Source of the DNA: an uncultured Chromatiaceae bacterium
GTDB lineage: Bacteria; Pseudomonadota; Gammaproteobacteria; Steroidobacterales; GCA-2729495
Assembly (NCBI GenBank): GCA_964522655.1
Contig: CAZFWB010000001.1
Location: 1-55,503 of the forward strand
Direction of reading: 5' to 3'
DNA length: 55,503 nucleotides
Both the position numbers and the translations under genes were made by a program. Below the pieces are notes generated by a model that saw only the letters and a list, made by a program, of their open reading frames with translations, was not told where the DNA came from and did no database searches. Of this stretch, positions 18,964 to 28,882 are shown in pieces; positions within the stretch are counted from its first letter, which is position 1; every line of letters starts with the position of its first letter.

Positions 18964-20748
18964 ATGACCAGATGCACATTTCCAGGCCGGGCGACTCCAC
19001 GGGCCGGCGCACGGTGGCGGGTGGCTGCACTGGCCTGCACGATCCTCGTTGCAACGGGCAGCGCGGCTGCCGCTCCTGACGAGGCGGAGCTCGTCGCGGC
19101 GCTTCGAGAGCGGATGGAGCGGGTGCAGGGGGGGGATGACGAGATCGAGGGGGTCGTGCTCCAGGGGACGCAGATCCTGGCCGAGTTCTACGCCCGGCGG
19201 GACTTCCGGCCGGTGTGGCAGGACCCGGTGCGGGTGCAGGAGCTGCTCGGGCTGCTCGAGGCCGCGGCCGGACACGGTCTGGATCCGGCAGATTATTTCA
19301 TTGGACAGCTGCGTGATCTGATCGGCCGCCCCGGGACCGAACCGCAGGCTGTGGCGGAACGTGAATTGCTGCTCACGGAAGCGCTGATCCGCTACGGCTA
19401 TCAGCGCCGGTTCGGCAAGGTCGACCCGGCGAGCCAGGAGCCTGCCTGGAATTTCGCCCGTAGCTTCGCTGCCGGGATCGATGCCGCGGCGGCCCTGGCG
19501 AACGCGCTGAACGCGCCCTCGCTCGCGGCGCACGTCGAATCCGTGCTCGCCGAGGGCGCCCTGTACCGGGCGCTGCGCATCGCGCTGGCGCGTTATCGCG
19601 CGGCGGTCGCGGCCGGCGGATGGCCCGAGGTGCCCGCGGGACCGACGCTGCGACCCGGGGACCGCGACGGGCGCGTGGCGGCTCTGCGTGAGCGCCTGCG
19701 CCGGCAGCCCGGCTTCGACGCCGCCATGCCCGAGCCGGAGCCGGCCGAACTGTTCGACACCGGGCTGGAGCAGGTGGTGCGGTCGTTCCAGGAGCGCCAC
19801 GGGCTGGCTGCGGACGGCGTGGTCGGGGTCCGCACGCTCGCTGCGCTGAACGTTCCGGCGAGCGTGCGGGTGGACCAGATCCGCCTGTCGCTCGAGCGGC
19901 TGCGCTGGCTCGCCGGCGGCATCCCACGGACCTACGTGGTCGTCAACGTCGCGGGCTTTCGCGTCGGCTTCGTGCGCGACCAGCAGACCGTATGGAGCAG
20001 TCGGGTCGTGGTCGGCCGCGCCGCGCGGCAGACGCCGGTCTTCCGCGGCGAAATGACCTACCTCGAACTCAATCCGACCTGGACGGTGCCGCCGACCATC
20101 CTGCGCGAGGACATCCTGCCGAAGGTCAAGAAGGATCCCGGCTATCTCCGGCGCGAGCGCATCAGCGTGCTCGATCGCAACGGCCGCGAGGTCGACCCCG
20201 CCTCGGTGAACTGGGCCGCGTACGGCCGCATGGTGCCCTATACCCTGCGCCAGGAGCCGGGTCCGGCCAATGCGCTCGGGCGCATCAAGCTCATGTTTCC
20301 GAATCCGCACAGCGTGTACCTGCACGACACGCCCTCGCGGGAGTTGTTTACCCGCCCGGAGCGCACCTTCAGTTCCGGCTGCATCCGGGTCGAGGATCCG
20401 CTGGCACTCGCCGAACTGGTGCTCGATTCACCGCTGTGGACCCGGGCATCGCTGGAGGCGGCAATCGCGACCGGCGAAACGCAACGGATCACCCTGCCGA
20501 CGCCGGTGCCGGTGCTGGTCGTCTATCTGACCGCCGTGGCTGATGCCGACGGCGTCACGCGCTTTTTCCGCGACGTCTATGGGCGGGATCCGCGGCTGCT
20601 CAAGGCGCTGAACGGCCCGGTGCGGATCAGGCTGCCGCAGGCAGCCTCTAGCGACGGCGGGGCCCGGCCCGAAAAAAATGCGATCCGTTCCTTTCTGAGG
20701 GCCGCGCAGATCGGCACAATAGCCGCTTCGGTTGCTGCCGGCAGGTGA
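18964..20748 (+). CDS. ldtD: L,D-transpeptidase YcbB/LdtD with peptidoglycan-binding domain
   Basis: FQERHGL..DG.VG PG-binding motif; VVGR..RQTP, NP.W.VP, LRQEPGP.NALG and YLHDTP...SSGCIR catalytic H/C. Confidence 0.92.
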   Translation: MTRCTFPGRATPRAGARWRVAALACTILVATGSAAAAPDEAELVAALRERMERVQGGDDEIEGVVLQGTQILAEFYARRDFRPVWQDPVRVQELLGLLEAAAGHGLDPADYFIGQLRDLIGRPGTEPQAVAERELLLTEALIRYGYQRRFGKVDPASQEPAWNFARSFAAGIDAAAALANALNAPSLAAHVESVLAEGALYRALRIALARYRAAVAAGGWPEVPAGPTLRPGDRDGRVAALRERLRRQPGFDAAMPEPEPAELFDTGLEQVVRSFQERHGLAADGVVGVRTLAALNVPASVRVDQIRLSLERLRWLAGGIPRTYVVVNVAGFRVGFVRDQQTVWSSRVVVGRAARQTPVFRGEMTYLELNPTWTVPPTILREDILPKVKKDPGYLRRERISVLDRNGREVDPASVNWAAYGRMVPYTLRQEPGPANALGRIKLMFPNPHSVYLHDTPSRELFTRPERTFSSGCIRVEDPLALAELVLDSPLWTRASLEAAIATGETQRITLPTPVPVLVVYLTAVADADGVTRFFRDVYGRDPRLLKALNGPVRIRLPQAASSDGGARPEKNAIRSFLRAAQIGTIAASVAAGR

Positions 20749-20784
20749 GCCGTGCCGCCCGGCCACCTCTGGAGTGCATGGACC

Positions 20785-21219
20785 ATGAATGCCAATTCGC
20801 TTCGCCTTATTTTTGTGCTGCTGGCCGGTTTCGCGTTGGCCTCCTGCGGCTTTCTCCGCAAGGCGCCGGGCACCTCGGTGGTGCAGTTCTACAACAACAG
20901 CGGCCATACGGTCCTCGTCGAGAACAACGAGCTGCGCCCGGGCCGCACGGCCACCTTCACCTATCCAACCGAGAGTGGCCGGCCGCTCATCGTGTTCTGG
21001 AACGGATGCGTCCACACGTACATAGCGCCTGATCGCAAGCCCGGCGAATTCCGCGGCACGGACTGGATGCTGCGCGGCGCCTATCGCGCACAGCTCGAGC
21101 CCGATGGCAGGCTCTTCCTCGTGCCGCCGGGCGAGAGCCTGCCGGGCGATGCCGCCGCGATGACGCAACCGGACGGCTTCCCCCTGACGCCGCGCGAAGG
21201 CTCCTCCTGCCTGCAGTGA
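20785..21219 (+). CDS. Hypothetical lipoprotein
   Basis: LASC lipobox after a hydrophobic core; GGAG upstream; GC-rich third codon positions. Confidence 0.6.
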   Translation: MNANSLRLIFVLLAGFALASCGFLRKAPGTSVVQFYNNSGHTVLVENNELRPGRTATFTYPTESGRPLIVFWNGCVHTYIAPDRKPGEFRGTDWMLRGAYRAQLEPDGRLFLVPPGESLPGDAAAMTQPDGFPLTPREGSSCLQ

Positions 21220-21241
21220 TCGCCTGCGCGCCGCGCAGGCG

Positions 21242-22438
21242 TCAGGGCGACGGCGCCAGCCGATGGAGGGTGCCGGCGCCGTAGTCGACGAGATAGATCT
21301 CTCCGTCGTTCGCTTCCGCGAAGGAGGAGATGTTGTGATCCGTGTCGAGCATTTCCTCGACCGTCGACGCGCCGGGCGCGAGTCGGAAGACGCGCCCGGT
21401 GATGAAATCCCCGAACAGGTACGAGCCGCGCAGCGGTGGGTTCTGGTTGCCGCGGTAGACGTAGCCGCCGGTAATCGACCGCCCGGTGCCGTGATCGTAT
21501 TCCGCCACCGGGTCGACGAGACCCGTGGTCGGACAATTGTCCGGCGGGATGTTGCAGTGCGCGCCCTCCCTGATGCGCCAGCCGTAGTTGCGCCCGCCGA
21601 CAATGAGGTCGACTTCTTCCCACGCGCCCTGGCCGACGTCGCCCGCCCACAGTTCGCCGGTTGCGCGGTCGAAGCTGAAGCGCCAGGGATTGCGCAGCCC
21701 CCAGGCGAAGATCTCCGGGCAGGGCATGCTGCCCGTGCCGGCCGGGCAATGGGGATTTCCCGCGAATGGGTTCCCGGCGGGGACGGCATAGGGCAACGTC
21801 GCCACGTCGATGCGGATGATGCCGCCGTAGAGGCTCTGCGTGTTCTGGGCGCGATTCTCCGGGTCGTTGGCCGAGCCGCCGTCACCGAAGCCGGCGTAGA
21901 GGAACCCGTCCGGACCGAACGCGACATGTCCGCCGTTGTGATTGCCGTACGGCTGCGGCAGCGTGAGGATCACCACCTCGCTGGCCGGGTCGAGGGTCGC
22001 ACCGCCGTCATCGCTGGTGAAACGCGACAGGTGCGAGACCAGCGTCGGCGCCGAGCGCGTGTAGGAGAGATAGGCGTGGCCGTTCGAGCCGAAGTCCGGG
22101 TCGAAGGCGAGGCCGAGCAGTCCGCGCTCGCCGGAACTGTCGCCGACCCGCGCGGAGATGTCGATGAAGGTCGTGGTCGCCACCGCCTGATCGTCATTCG
22201 CGAAGGCGTGCACCACGCCCGATTGTTCGACGACGAACCAGCGGCTGTCGTCGCCCGGTGCCTGCAGTGCGGCCACCGGCCGCGAGAACGACAGGTTGGG
22301 AAACACCTGCTCCAGCGCGATGCCGGGTGCGGGGGCGAACCCGCCGTCGTCGCCCCCGCCCCCGCCGCAGCCCGTGAGCAGCAGTGCCGCGAGCATGCCG
22401 CCGCCCGCGTAACGGCTGCGGCCAAAGGAACCGTTCAC
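21242..22438 (-). CDS. PQQ-dependent glucose/sorbosone dehydrogenase family lipoprotein
   Basis: LTGC lipobox; ERGLLG.AF.P, NHNGG, GDGG, GLRNPWR, DVGQ...EE, NYGW and SITGG motifs; GTG overlaps the upstream stop. Confidence 0.9.
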   Translation of the reverse strand: MNGSFGRSRYAGGGMLAALLLTGCGGGGGDDGGFAPAPGIALEQVFPNLSFSRPVAALQAPGDDSRWFVVEQSGVVHAFANDDQAVATTTFIDISARVGDSSGERGLLGLAFDPDFGSNGHAYLSYTRSAPTLVSHLSRFTSDDGGATLDPASEVVILTLPQPYGNHNGGHVAFGPDGFLYAGFGDGGSANDPENRAQNTQSLYGGIIRIDVATLPYAVPAGNPFAGNPHCPAGTGSMPCPEIFAWGLRNPWRFSFDRATGELWAGDVGQGAWEEVDLIVGGRNYGWRIREGAHCNIPPDNCPTTGLVDPVAEYDHGTGRSITGGYVYRGNQNPPLRGSYLFGDFITGRVFRLAPGASTVEEMLDTDHNISSFAEANDGEIYLVDYGAGTLHRLAPSP

Positions 22439-24279
22439 TCGCGCACCATCCCGAAATCGATCGGCTGCGGCGGCCGGGCCGGCGGCGGCGAGCGCAGCAG
22501 GGCGAGGACGTGGCGGGCGAGCAGCCGCCCGACGCGCGGGTCGTCGTTCGGCGGCCGCCACAGCGACCAGGTGCCGCGGTACTGCGACTGCACGGGCCGC
22601 TCGGTATCGGGCGCGCCCAGCGCCGGGTCGTAGCCGAGGTGGCCGAATTCGGAGACGTCGAAGGCGAGCGACGGGTCGAGGTCATCACGCAGCTCGTCGG
22701 GCGGCGTCGTGCGCGGTGGCGGGTAGGGACGGCCGTCGGCACAGCCGCCCATCGTGAAGCAGCAGGGCACGGTTGCCCCACCCTGCGGGGCCGGGCACTG
22801 CGTCGCGACCCATATGCCCCAGTAGTCGGCAAACGGGTGGCCGACGCCCGGGTAACGAGCGAAGTCCCTGCGCGCGAAGTCGATCCAGGTCCTGTAGCCG
22901 ATCTCCTTGGCGATCTGATTCGGCACCTCCACCAGGTTCAGCACCGAGTCCACCATGATCTGCGGAAAAGCGATCACGATGTGGCGCACGCCGTTCGCGC
23001 GCAGCCGGTCGAGGGCGTCCCAGTACAGGTAACCCATGTCGCCTGCGGGCGGTGCGCCCGTCTCGTAGAGCCGGGCGTCACCGAGGTTCTCGCCGCGCAT
23101 CTCGCGGCTGCGCTCGCGGCGAACCCGGCCGGGGCCCCGCGGTGAGGCGGCCGGGTTCTCCACTTTGCGGCCGAACCAGGCGCCGAGCACGTTGCCTGCC
23201 CGCAGCGAAGGGTGACGTTCGAGCAACAGGCGCCGGATGTTCGCGTTGAGCAGCAAGGTGTCGTCGATTTTCGGGTCGAAGGACTCGTTGTGCTCCCGGG
23301 TCGCGTGGTTTACGAGCAGCACGCCGGTGCCGGCCCAGTCGATCTCGGGCGCCATGCGCGCCTCGATGCCCTCGACGTGCAGCAGCGCGAGCTCGGGGTC
23401 CGCCGCGACCGGATTCGGATGGTCCGCGAGCGGCAGCGTACGGTCCTCTCGCGGCGGACCCAGCGACAGCGTCCATGGCGGCTGGTCGGCCGGGTAAGAG
23501 CGGGTCATCAGGTCGGCGGGATCATTGACCCAGCGGACCGGCGTGATCGTGCCGTGACTGCGGTCGAACGCGGCCGCTACCTGGCGCGCGGTGTTCACGA
23601 CATCGAAGCTCTTGAAAAAACGCACGCCCCCGGTGGTGAGATCCACCATGACGATTTCGTCGACTCCGCGCTCGAGCAGCCGCTCGATCGGGCCGTCGGC
23701 GTCGTAGCGGTCGGGGTCACAGTCGCCCCAGCGCTGCTGCGCTCCGGTGCCGCCGTCGAGGGGGCTGCCGCAATAGCGCATCGGCGCGCCCTCAGGCACG
23801 CCGGGGTGATAAACGGCGCGCGGGTAAGCGAGATTCGCGGGGTCGTCGGCGAGCCACGAGGCGTACTCCACGAAAAACTCGACGCCGGGCACGGCGCTCT
23901 GCCGTGCAAGCGCGCGGCGCAGTTCCCCGTAATGCGCGAGCGTGAGTCGTTGCGCCGGGTCGATGCCACCGATGCGCTGGTACTCGAAGGCGTACTTGGC
24001 GATCTCCTTCGGGGCGTTGCCGAAGCGCAGCACCTGTGGCCACGCCTGCGGATTCCAGATGACGTTGCGGTAGACGACGCTGTTCGGGTCGTAGGAGAAG
24101 ATCTGCAGGGTGGACTCCCAGGAGCTGCGCAGGCTGGCCTGGTCGCTGCCGCCGTGGAACACGTACACGACGCCGATCCTGCGCTCCGGCGCGGAGTTCG
24201 TGGCGCACCCGCCCGCTGCCAACATGAGCGCCAGCAGCGCCGCGGCGACGCCGGGCCGGCCGCTCGTCACGTTGCGCAT
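22435..24279 (-). CDS. Hypothetical lipoprotein with divergent ferrochelatase (class II chelatase)-like motifs
   Basis: AGGC lipobox; IGVVYVFHGG, YQRIGGIDP, GVDEIVMV, VLLVNHA, GVRHIVIAFPQIMVD..NLVEV and PNDDP appear in HemH order. Confidence 0.6.
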   Translation of the reverse strand: MRNVTSGRPGVAAALLALMLAAGGCATNSAPERRIGVVYVFHGGSDQASLRSSWESTLQIFSYDPNSVVYRNVIWNPQAWPQVLRFGNAPKEIAKYAFEYQRIGGIDPAQRLTLAHYGELRRALARQSAVPGVEFFVEYASWLADDPANLAYPRAVYHPGVPEGAPMRYCGSPLDGGTGAQQRWGDCDPDRYDADGPIERLLERGVDEIVMVDLTTGGVRFFKSFDVVNTARQVAAAFDRSHGTITPVRWVNDPADLMTRSYPADQPPWTLSLGPPREDRTLPLADHPNPVAADPELALLHVEGIEARMAPEIDWAGTGVLLVNHATREHNESFDPKIDDTLLLNANIRRLLLERHPSLRAGNVLGAWFGRKVENPAASPRGPGRVRRERSREMRGENLGDARLYETGAPPAGDMGYLYWDALDRLRANGVRHIVIAFPQIMVDSVLNLVEVPNQIAKEIGYRTWIDFARRDFARYPGVGHPFADYWGIWVATQCPAPQGGATVPCCFTMGGCADGRPYPPPRTTPPDELRDDLDPSLAFDVSEFGHLGYDPALGAPDTERPVQSQYRGTWSLWRPPNDDPRVGRLLARHVLALLRSPPPARPPQPIDFGMVRE

Positions 24280-24371
24280 CGGTCGCTCTCCGCCTCACTA
24301 CTGCAGCCGCGATGATGCCGACCGAGGGACGCATAGTGCAACTGCCGCGCCGGCCGCAGCGAGTATCGGGC

Positions 24372-24377
24372 TATAAT
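24372..24377 (+). promoter_or_regulatory. Consensus sigma70 -10 element upstream of the serine hydrolase
   Basis: TATAAT about 40 nt before ATG 24418, in a GC-rich intergenic gap. Confidence 0.45.
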
Positions 24378-24417
24378 GCCGCGCGTTTTCTCTTCGGGGC
24401 GTGTCACAAGAACACGA

Positions 24418-25605
24418 ATGATCAGGGCGCTCTTCAGGTCGCTCGGGGTGGTTGTCGCGGTGCTGCTGGTGGCCGGCTGGCTGCCGGCGCTGTTTGGTGC
24501 GTATGGATTGTACTGGGAGCGCTACGCGTCGAGCTTCCTCACCAATCCGCTGAATCCGGGCTACCGCTGGTACCGGCCGCTCGAGACCGTCGCCGGCGGT
24601 GGTGCGCAGCCGCTGCGCGTCTCGGCGCAGGCCGCGTCTGCATTCAGTCCCGGCGCGCTGGAGGCGGCCGCCGAGTACGCTCGCCTTCACAACAGCGATT
24701 CGCTGATCGTGATGCACCGGGGCAAGCTCGCGTTCGAGCGCTACTGGAATACGAAGAAACCCGAGAGCCTCTTCGGTGTGCATTCCCTCACCAAGACTCT
24801 GACTGCGATCCTGATCGGGCATGCCATCGCCGACGGTCGCATCACGTCGGTCGATCAGCCGGCCTTTCACTTCATCGCGGAATGGGACGACGAGCAGCAC
24901 CGCGGGATCACCATCCGCGATCTGCTCAACATGGCGAGCGGCCTGAAGGAGAGCTACGACTTCTCGCCCTGGTCGCTGCGCATGCAACGCACCATGGGCA
25001 CCGATATCGTGGCGCCGAACCTCGCGACCGAGGTGGGTGGGCCCCCGGGCGTGAAGTTCGCTCATATCAACCCGCCGCCGCAGATTCTCGGCATCATCAT
25101 CGAGCGCGCCACCGGCCGCCGCTTCGGCGATTATCTGTCCGAGAAATTCTGGCGGCCCATCGGTGCGCACGACGCGCAGCTCTTCGTGGACCGGCCCGGC
25201 GGCACGGCGCACACCGACTGCTGCATGTGGAGCGCGATCCAGGACTGGGCGAGGGTGGGCGAGGCGCTGCGCACCGGCGGCCTCTGGAATGGCGTACGGG
25301 TGATCCCTGCCGGCTGGGTCGAACAGATGATCGCGCCGTCGGCTGCCTACTCGAACTACGGGATGATGGTGTGGCTAGGGAGTTTCTACGAGAAGGAGCG
25401 CCGGTACGATCCGGACGTGGACGCATTCGTGAATCACCACTCCGAGCCGTTCGCAGCGCCGACGTTCTTCCTCGACGGCTTGCACCTGCAGCGCGTGTGG
25501 GTCGTGCCTTCGCGCGAGCTGGTGGTCGTGCGAACGGGAGGCGGGCATCCGGATTGGGACGACGCGCGACTGCCGAATCTCCTGATCCGGGGCCTGGCGA
25601 CATGA
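24418..25605 (+). CDS. Serine hydrolase, beta-lactamase class C/NylB-like
   Basis: SLTK (SxxK), ITIRDLLNMASGL, PG.KF, L..IIERATG, DWARVG and DG...Q motifs. Confidence 0.88.
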   Translation: MIRALFRSLGVVVAVLLVAGWLPALFGAYGLYWERYASSFLTNPLNPGYRWYRPLETVAGGGAQPLRVSAQAASAFSPGALEAAAEYARLHNSDSLIVMHRGKLAFERYWNTKKPESLFGVHSLTKTLTAILIGHAIADGRITSVDQPAFHFIAEWDDEQHRGITIRDLLNMASGLKESYDFSPWSLRMQRTMGTDIVAPNLATEVGGPPGVKFAHINPPPQILGIIIERATGRRFGDYLSEKFWRPIGAHDAQLFVDRPGGTAHTDCCMWSAIQDWARVGEALRTGGLWNGVRVIPAGWVEQMIAPSAAYSNYGMMVWLGSFYEKERRYDPDVDAFVNHHSEPFAAPTFFLDGLHLQRVWVVPSRELVVVRTGGGHPDWDDARLPNLLIRGLAT

Positions 25606-27113
25606 TGGCTGCGGCACCGGAACACCAGCTGGCAGGACCGGGCGCGACCTTTCGTCGCCTGGCCGTGCTGGCCTGCGGGGCCGCGATCACGGCCGGTTGC
25701 GTCAGCGGCTCGGACCCGAGCAGCGGCGCCGTGCGCATGCTGAATGCCGTTGCGGACGGCCCGCGCATGAATTTGCTGGTCGACGAGGAACTCAGGATCG
25801 CCGCGGTGGGCTTTCCCGGCGGCTCGGCGTTCGTGACCAGCCGGGCCGGCGACTACCGGCTGCGGATCGAGGAGGTATCGCCTTCGTCCGGGGCCGCGCC
25901 GACCGATACCATCTACGATCAGCCGCTCTCCCTCGCGGTGAACGACGAGGTGACCTTCATCGTGACCGGCGAGGCCGCCGCCGGCACGGAGGAAGTGCTC
26001 GCGATTCGCAACCGCACGCGGGGCGTGCCCTTCGGCCAGACCCGTGTGCAGTTCGTCCACGCCGCCGCCGGCGCTCCCGCCGTGGACGTCTATCTGACTG
26101 AGCCCGGCGCTGTGCTGAGCGCGGCGGCGCCGATTGCCCCGGCGCTCGGATACAGGGCTTCCACGGCCCAGCAGGAGGTGGGCGGCGGCGGTGCGCGTAT
26201 CGCTATTACCGCCGTCAACGATCCGGGCACAGTGCTGTTCGACTCGGGGGCGATTTTTCTGACGCTCGAGGGCTCGCTGCTCATCGCACTCGTGCCGGAC
26301 GCGGCAATCGCGGGCAGTTCGAGCCCGTTCTCGCTCGTGGTGATGACCGGGACCGCCGCCGCGGCCGTGTCCGACAAGGACACCGGGTCGGAGGTCCGGG
26401 TGGTGAATGCGGCGCCCGCCAGCTACGAACTGGATGTCATCGTCAACGACACCTCTGTGGCCGACGGGATCCGCCAGGATTGCGACTCCTCCACACAGGA
26501 GAGCGGCACCGTGCTCGAGTTCTGCGCCACCGCGTTCAGCTCGGTCGGCAGCTTCGCGCCCCTACCAGGTGGCAGCTATGACGTGAACATCCAGAAGACC
26601 GGCGCGGACGCGGTGGCGGCGCAGACCCTCGGTGGCACTTTCCTCGCCGGCACACCATTCAGCCTGGTCCTGACCGGGCTCACCGATGACGCCGCAACCG
26701 TAACCAGCCAGGGACTGCTGGTTCTGGCCGGTGCGCGCCGTGTTGCCACTGTCGCGCAGCTTCGCGTTGTCGACGCCTCGCTCGCGGCCGACGCGGCGGT
26801 CACCGGCGACCCGACGACAGACCGGCTCGAGCTCTACATCACCGAGCCGGGCGCCGACCTCGCCGCCGAGAGCCCGGATTTCGTCAATCTGCGCCTCGGC
26901 TCGGATACCGATTACCTGTCGCTCGCCGCAGGCGGTTACCAGCTCACACTCGTCCGGGCCGACACGGCCATGCCCGAGGCGCCGCCGGAGGTGCTGTTTA
27001 CCCAGGAGCTGCTGCTCGCAGACGGCGGGCTGTACACGCTGGTCATCGCCGACAGCGTCGGCGGCGTGCCGCCGCTGCAGTCGCTGTCGCTGGAGGACGA
27101 TCCCGGCCCCTGA
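25602..27113 (+). CDS. DUF4397-repeat lipoprotein
   Basis: TAGC lipobox; four VR.(L/V)(N/H/D)A..D.P..D-type modules; ATG overlaps the upstream TGA. Confidence 0.75.
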   Translation: MMAAAPEHQLAGPGATFRRLAVLACGAAITAGCVSGSDPSSGAVRMLNAVADGPRMNLLVDEELRIAAVGFPGGSAFVTSRAGDYRLRIEEVSPSSGAAPTDTIYDQPLSLAVNDEVTFIVTGEAAAGTEEVLAIRNRTRGVPFGQTRVQFVHAAAGAPAVDVYLTEPGAVLSAAAPIAPALGYRASTAQQEVGGGGARIAITAVNDPGTVLFDSGAIFLTLEGSLLIALVPDAAIAGSSSPFSLVVMTGTAAAAVSDKDTGSEVRVVNAAPASYELDVIVNDTSVADGIRQDCDSSTQESGTVLEFCATAFSSVGSFAPLPGGSYDVNIQKTGADAVAAQTLGGTFLAGTPFSLVLTGLTDDAATVTSQGLLVLAGARRVATVAQLRVVDASLAADAAVTGDPTTDRLELYITEPGADLAAESPDFVNLRLGSDTDYLSLAAGGYQLTLVRADTAMPEAPPEVLFTQELLLADGGLYTLVIADSVGGVPPLQSLSLEDDPGP

Positions 27114-27448
27114 GCGCAGCCGCGGTCGGGAAGCAACCGCCCCGATCGCCGCCATCGTGCCGATCACAGGTATCGTTTCGATGTCGCTGTCGGCGCCGGT
27201 CGGTGGCGCATCTGCGGGCAGCACGACGTAGCGATCGGACAACGTTTGCCGCGTGTTGTGCTCCTTCACCCCTATGTCACTGAAGGTGGCGGCACGCCTG
27301 GCCCGGATCACGCGCAGACAACGCAACAGCAGGCCGCAGGTCCGCACCGCTTGCTGCGCAGCAAGACCCTGCGCAGTGCCGCCTGAATCCATTGCGCGCG
27401 GCACCGCGAAGCTTCTGTCAAATCCGACATGCCAGAAAGGAGAGACGG

Positions 27449-28810
27449 ATGAAACGGGTCTGGATACTGGCGCCACTCGCGGCCCTGGCGCTCACTGTGA
27501 CGGCTTGCGATGACGACGACGATCCCGCGCAGGCGGCGCTGCAGGTGCTGCATGCCTCGCCGGACGCGCCGACCGTCAACATTCGGGTGGACGGCGAGCC
27601 GGTGCTCGAGGACGTGGACTACAAGACCGGGTCGGGCTATCTGCGGCTCGATCGCGGCAGCTACGACATCCAGGTCGAAGCAAATATCCCCGGCGGCAAC
27701 GCCGTGGTGATTGATTTGCCGGCGACGCAACTGGAGTCAAACACCGACTACAGCGTGCTCGCGGTAGGCAAGGTCTCCGGAGGCAGCCTGGCGCCCCTGA
27801 TCATCTCGAGTGTGCGCAGCAGCGTGCCGTCGGGACAGGTGCGGGCGAGGGTGGTGCACGCCGCTCCGGATGCGCCCCAGGTCGACGTGTACGTGACTGC
27901 GCCGGGCGCAGACCTGACCAGCGCTGCGCCGATCGGCAGTTTCTCCTTCACGGAAGTGCTCGGGCCGGTGGAAGTCGCTGGCGGGGACTACCAGGTGCGC
28001 GTAACGCCCGCCGGCAATCAGGGCGCCGTGGTGTTCGACTCCGGCACCGTGACCCTCGCTGCGGGAAGTGACCTGCTGATCGCCGCGGTGGCCAACACCG
28101 GGGCCGGCCCGGCCCCGATATCGCTCGTGGTGCTCGATGGCGAAGGCAGCGTCGAGGTGCTCGACGTCGCGACACCGGCCGACGTCCGGGTCGTGCATGC
28201 CTCGCCGGACGCACCGGCGGTGGATGTCGTCGTCGACGACGACTTCATGATGCCGGTCATCACGGGTCTCACCTACACGAATGCGGCCCCGGCGGCGAAC
28301 GGTTACCTGTCCGTGCCGGCCGGCGACTACAACTTCAAGGTGACCGCAACGGGCAACCCCGGCGTGGTGGCGATCGATTTTGACGCCGCGCTCGCGGCCG
28401 GCGCGCAGTACTCGGTGCTCGCCACCGGCTTGCTCGCCGGCGCGCCCGCCATCGCCGAGCTGGTCCTGACCGACGACAACCGCGCCGTGGCAACCGAGTC
28501 GAAGGTCAGGCTCGTGCACGGCTCACCGGCTGCCGGGGCGGTGGACATCTACGTGACGGCGCCCGGGGCGGACATCACGCAGCTCGCACCGGCATTCGCG
28601 GCCGTGCCCTTCCGGGCCGAGACCGGTTATGTGTCGCTCGCGCCGGGCGCCTACGAGGTAAGCCTGACGCCAGCCGGCGACAATTCCATCGTCGCGCTGA
28701 GCGCGCCGGTGACCGTCAGCGCCGGAGGCGTCTACACGGCAGTAGCGATCGACGCCGCTGGTGGCGGCGCGCCGCTCGGATTGATCCTGCTCGACGACTT
28801 CGTGCCCTGA
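27449..28810 (+). CDS. DUF4397-repeat lipoprotein
   Basis: VTAC lipobox followed by DDDDD; four repeats of V(V/L)HASPDAP.VD(V/I); AAGGAG RBS. Confidence 0.88.
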   Translation: MKRVWILAPLAALALTVTACDDDDDPAQAALQVLHASPDAPTVNIRVDGEPVLEDVDYKTGSGYLRLDRGSYDIQVEANIPGGNAVVIDLPATQLESNTDYSVLAVGKVSGGSLAPLIISSVRSSVPSGQVRARVVHAAPDAPQVDVYVTAPGADLTSAAPIGSFSFTEVLGPVEVAGGDYQVRVTPAGNQGAVVFDSGTVTLAAGSDLLIAAVANTGAGPAPISLVVLDGEGSVEVLDVATPADVRVVHASPDAPAVDVVVDDDFMMPVITGLTYTNAAPAANGYLSVPAGDYNFKVTATGNPGVVAIDFDAALAAGAQYSVLATGLLAGAPAIAELVLTDDNRAVATESKVRLVHGSPAAGAVDIYVTAPGADITQLAPAFAAVPFRAETGYVSLAPGAYEVSLTPAGDNSIVALSAPVTVSAGGVYTAVAIDAAGGGAPLGLILLDDFVP

Positions 28811-28841
28811 CTCCGGGCTGCGCTCCGGTGCAGACAAGAAC

Positions 28842-28868
28842 AGCGGCCCGGCGCCTGGCCGGGCCGCT
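28842..28868. terminator. Hairpin between convergent genes, probable intrinsic terminator
   Basis: 11-bp perfect stem AGCGGCCCGGC/GCCGGGCCGCT with a 5-nt loop; U-tracts are weak. Confidence 0.55.
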
Positions 28869-28882
28869 CTGCTGCTGTCCCG

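Noticed and set aside
24312-27113. 933-aa ORF
   Set aside because: Its first ~430 codons are an off-frame shadow of the serine hydrolase; the real DUF4397 gene starts at ATG 25602
27114-27448. Possible small minus-strand ORF between the DUF4397 genes
   Set aside because: No well-spaced RBS and start; the frame runs on antisense into the upstream gene; no recognisable motif
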